64,000 bases of DNA from Candidatus Nomurabacteria bacterium. Lineage in GTDB: Bacteria > Patescibacteriota > Minisyncoccia > Phycocordibacterales > UBA918. The stretch lies in contig JACKGG010000004.1 of assembly GCA_020632035.1 (NCBI GenBank), forward strand, positions 3,575-67,574, in the 5' to 3' direction. The translations under genes and the position numbers were made by a program. Below the pieces are notes generated by a model. That model did no database searches, had not been told where the DNA came from, and saw only the letters and a list, made by a program, of their open reading frames with translations. Shown piece by piece: positions 62,101 through 64,000 of the stretch (the stretch's first letter is position 1; every line of letters begins with the position of its first letter).

Positions 62101-64000
62101 CAGAAAAAGACTCCGTATCCCTTACTCCTCCATTTGAGCCAAGGAAAAATGAATTCGAGTTTGTTAATCCGCCATCTGCTTCAGGTATATCAGTCGATGT
62201 CTCCCCATTTGTCAGGAAGGGTGAATCATACATACTCCAGGCAACTCCCCCACTATCGGCGTCAGTCCACACCGTAACCGCTTCACAGGTTGAAGATTTT
62301 ACTCCGTACTCAAGCCCATATCGATGTGGGACTGAAGTCGTTGAACCTTGATTAGACAAACCTATACGAAGCCTAATCGGTGAGTTTTTTCCGAAATCAT
62401 CTAACAAAGTATCTTCAGACCCCGCTGTGGCAGAAGTAGCACCAGTTTCGGTACCGTCGTCATTGCGCCAGTGGTAATGAGTTTGAGTAACTATTCCTCC
62501 GGCTAAAGTAGTTGAGCCTGTTATGTCAAGAGCCGTGAGAGGAGCCACACTTCCCCCGCCTGAAACCAAAACATCATTAGAACCAGAGTTAATAGTTACA
62601 TCCAGAGTCTCTCCGTTACGGGCCTCTTCTGTTACGTCTAGCACCGTGTACACACACATAGCTTGAGTGGTTGTGATAGCAACAGATCCAGTGAAGTTGG
62701 CTGATCCATCTGCTGAACTGAAAGAGCTCGACGCTGTGCCAAATTGTGCCTCACCTCCATCGTAAGAAACATCATCACAGCTATAAGGTGCAGTGGTATC
62801 TAGGTCATAGAAAAGTCTTATGTTTTGCACACCAAGAGCACCATCGACAGTTCCATTTTCTGAAATAGTGATACTAGTTACATTACGAGATGAGGCATTC
62901 TCTGTGATAGAAAAAGCACCACCGATATAAAAATCATTAGTTGGAATATCAACTATTGATATTTGTGTGCTAGTAGCCCTAACTCTTACGTCGGCTGCAA
63001 TTGTTGCTTTCGGGTAGGCACTATAGGCCGGAAGCTTTTCACTATTATTAGTTAGTCTAAAGCAATAAGTATTTCCTTCAGTTGCTGACGTAGAAGCGAC
63101 GATAGAAAACTCCACTTCTACCCAATTCGTAGGTAATAAGGTTAGAGAACCTAAGGTAGAAGATGTGTCTTTCTGACCACCATTAGGTGTGAGCAGTACA
63201 GTATTCTCGTTGGTGACTCCACCAATTCCATTTCCAATATCTGTAGTATCATCTTCATCTGTAATAAAAGTAGAATCATACAAATTCCAGTCATCATCTG
63301 TGGCTCCTACATCAGTCCAGCCATCAGCATCTTCACATGTTGATGTGTTAAGAGCATACTCCAGCCTAAGACTGGTTGGTAAAGATGAAGTGGAGCCTTC
63401 ATTTGAAACACCAAGCCGTAGTCTTATGGGAGATTCTTGTTGCAGGGCTGTTAAGTCTGTATCTTCGTTACCACTGGTTCTTGAAGTTGCAGAAGTCTCA
63501 TTGCCGTCATCGTTTCTCCAATGATAGTGGGTTTGGGTTAAATCTGAGTCAAGAATTGTCGTGTCTCCTGAAATAGCTTGAGCAGCAGCTGGAATGGCTG
63601 TCACACCGCCAGAAACAATCACATCTGTAGTCGGATCAGAAATTTCAATGTTTATTATACTACTATCTACTGCTGCTTTTAAAACATCTAAAACCACATA
63701 AACACACATAGCCTGGGTTGGAGAAATTCCAACTGACCCAGTAAAGGCAGACGTGCCATCACTACCTGAAAAACCATTTGTGTCTGTGGTGCCAAACTGA
63801 GACTCGACTCCTCCGTACGACTCACTAGCACAATCATACGGAGCACTGGTATCAAGATCATACAACAGCCTTATATTATTTAAATTGGTTGAAGCGTCGA
63901 CTGTTCCGTTTTCTGATATCACTATACTTGTCACATTTCGCGAAACTGATTCTTCTGTAATGGCAAAATTACCTCCAATATAAAAATCAGTAGTACTGGC
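59174..64000 (-). CDS. giant repetitive surface protein, 3' portion (frame open to the window end; over 1600 aa) with about 310-aa tandem repeats containing a THYHWRNDDG(N/T)E motif
   Basis: Two near-identical repeat units (…ITISENGTVDGALGVQNIRLFYDLDTTAPYSCDD…TQAMCVYTVLDV…TQTHYHWRNDDGTETGATS…) plus further degenerate copies. The ORF-track start at 63934 is a GTG inside a repeat. The same frame stays open through 64000 (…DFYIGGNFAITEESVSRNVTSIVIS). Confidence 0.7.
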   Translation of the reverse strand, partial: ASTTDFYIGGNFAITEESVSRNVTSIVISENGTVDASTNLNNIRLLYDLDTSAPYDCASESYGGVESQFGTTDTNGFSGSDGTSAFTGSVGISPTQAMCVYVVLDVLKAAVDSSIINIEISDPTTDVIVSGGVTAIPAAAQAISGDTTILDSDLTQTHYHWRNDDGNETSATSRTSGNEDTDLTALQQESPIRLRLGVSNEGSTSSLPTSLRLEYALNTSTCEDADGWTDVGATDDDWNLYDSTFITDEDDTTDIGNGIGGVTNENTVLLTPNGGQKDTSSTLGSLTLLPTNWVEVEFSIVASTSATEGNTYCFRLTNNSEKLPAYSAYPKATIAADVRVRATSTQISIVDIPTNDFYIGGAFSITENASSRNVTSITISENGTVDGALGVQNIRLFYDLDTTAPYSCDDVSYDGGEAQFGTASSSFSSADGSANFTGSVAITTTQAMCVYTVLDVTEEARNGETLDVTINSGSNDVLVSGGGSVAPLTALDITGSTTLAGGIVTQTHYHWRNDDGTETGATSATAGSEDTLLDDFGKNSPIRLRIGLSNQGSTTSVPHRYGLEYGVKSSTCEAVTVWTDADSGGVAWSMYDSPFLTNGETSTDIPEADGGLTNSNSFFLGSNGGVRDTESFSATTSLNETEYTDLEYSITTTNDTPYATTYCFRVTQNGNPLLQYEQYAEITIEELRDFKIQRATTTVTGTGVTLVAGVDYDAPSASTSAFVRITNSHFTGAGKTTLGGNQNADDYTAYISNPGNIETSFTIARDSDSINETYVAWEIVEYIGPTGGDNEIIVRDQSVISYGSTQNVATGSVASNVSDDNDIVVFVTGQLHTGGNRSESFAHQSTASWSASTDKPVFERGANGGNTGEVSYAVVEFTGLNWRVQRTEHSFSAAGVTETESITAVNSLARTFIHAQKRYDSGINLADFGHEVWLSSIGAVSFLLDSNATTIGINHVAVAWVIENLQTGTGEMNVQRSNGNTIGGAEPFTLSVNIPTNINAENNASIFITTSIDRISNNTPRMIVGASIVSTSSYQIWRSDSGNTLRYRTEIVQWPAADLAVRQNYYRFYVDNDDILPTDPWPAGLTDLGENTSIGALDEPLAENQNIRIRMSAKISNATLPAGLLQTKLQYGVKVTTCSAVSVWNDVGAPGSGNIWRGYDAPGAADGTNLSGNPPTGGDLLISISDRAGVYSETSPALANSFPTYDGENIEYDWNIEQNGALQRTTYCFRMVNSDDSDLNGYLYYPEIRTEGYTPVVTSWRWYDDETNETPTTAFAAENTSPTNVLKGNAVKLRVTLDEIKNLPQVNARFKLQFAEEADYSDAQDVVATSTCTASSVWCYYDAAGLDNQVVDSAVLSDSDNCVAGVGAGCGTHTESSVYYNGFTHAANDNTEYEFSLTYTNVDRNYGRVYFFRLYDLANDEIVLASTTNPSLVGESASLIFTIDGVDAGTTIAGITTDATSTPTTINFGSLPLDTDVEVAQQITVDTNAIEGYQVFKYADQQLTDTYGNQIEPITSSNSVPLGWSSACLVSADSCFGYHTTDATLEGGSGRFAPIDSYAPLNTSLDEVMYSSIATVDTQSIIYRMKVRGLQPAGQYETSITYIAVPVY

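Noticed and set aside
59174-64000. DNA-level repeat inside the giant gene as a mobile element or array
   Set aside because: The periodicity is in-frame and reflects protein-domain repeats (about 930 nt, diverged), not an insertion sequence or CRISPR.

Overview
This is an AT-rich bacterial window in which nearly all genes run on the minus strand. Its overall character is that of a reduced, possibly CPR/Patescibacteria-like genome. That inference rests on the many hypothetical membrane or secreted proteins and on several shortened housekeeping genes (alaS, uvrC, a UDP-glucose-dehydrogenase-like gene).

The housekeeping backbone runs as follows:
- a ribosomal-protein / rpoA operon (infA-rpmJ-rpsM-rpsK-rpsD-rpoA-rplQ-rplM-rpsI) with a 5'-partial grpE at the window start;
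- alaS, an M16 peptidase pair, mnmA, mltG, leuS, ychF, sppA;
- a plus-strand RND efflux pair (membrane-fusion adaptor + permease), a HAD hydrolase, ddl;
- uvrC, uvrA, a histidine kinase with a dual-REC response regulator flanking a large surface protein, uvrB, tgt, an FKBP isomerase, an AI-2E transporter.

The most unusual loci are these:
1. A tRNA-Ala cluster at 37.87-38.70 kb. tRNA-Ala(GGC) is intact. A second tRNA-Ala(UGC) is cut off after its T-loop. Its cognate 3' end (T-stem 3' strand, acceptor 3' strand with the G3:U70 partner, discriminator A, CCA) lies about 450 nt away, inside two perfectly identical 201-bp tandem repeat units. Each unit carries an A-run/hairpin/T-run terminator and a tRNA 3'-end copy. 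A degenerate third copy and a decayed tRNA-like remnant sit alongside.
2. A GC-rich islet at 26.0-26.8 kb encoding two paralogous small secreted peptides, each followed by its own intrinsic terminator. One is intact, with a Shine-Dalgarno site, a signal peptide and a Cys-x6-Cys loop (two cysteines bracketing six residues, CNPDVAVC). The other is frame-disturbed and ends in FWPWWPW, the Trp/Pro-rich hexamer core of indolicidin.
3. An ATP-cone/Mrr-like nuclease fusion whose stop overlaps the mnmA start.
4. An overlapping gene string of a Cas4-like PD-(D/E)xK nuclease, a short MGMT-family protein and a RelA/SpoT-type HD hydrolase.
5. A large minus-strand surface-structure operon at 55.5-64.0 kb. 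It holds a giant protein (over 1600 aa, 5'-truncated by the window) with about 310-aa repeats containing HYHWRNDDG motifs, two DUF916/DUF3324-like cell-surface paralogues (one with a LytR_C-like tail), and a thioredoxin-fold protein whose CxxC is replaced by SxxS.

No CRISPR array, rRNA, integrase or transposase was recognised.
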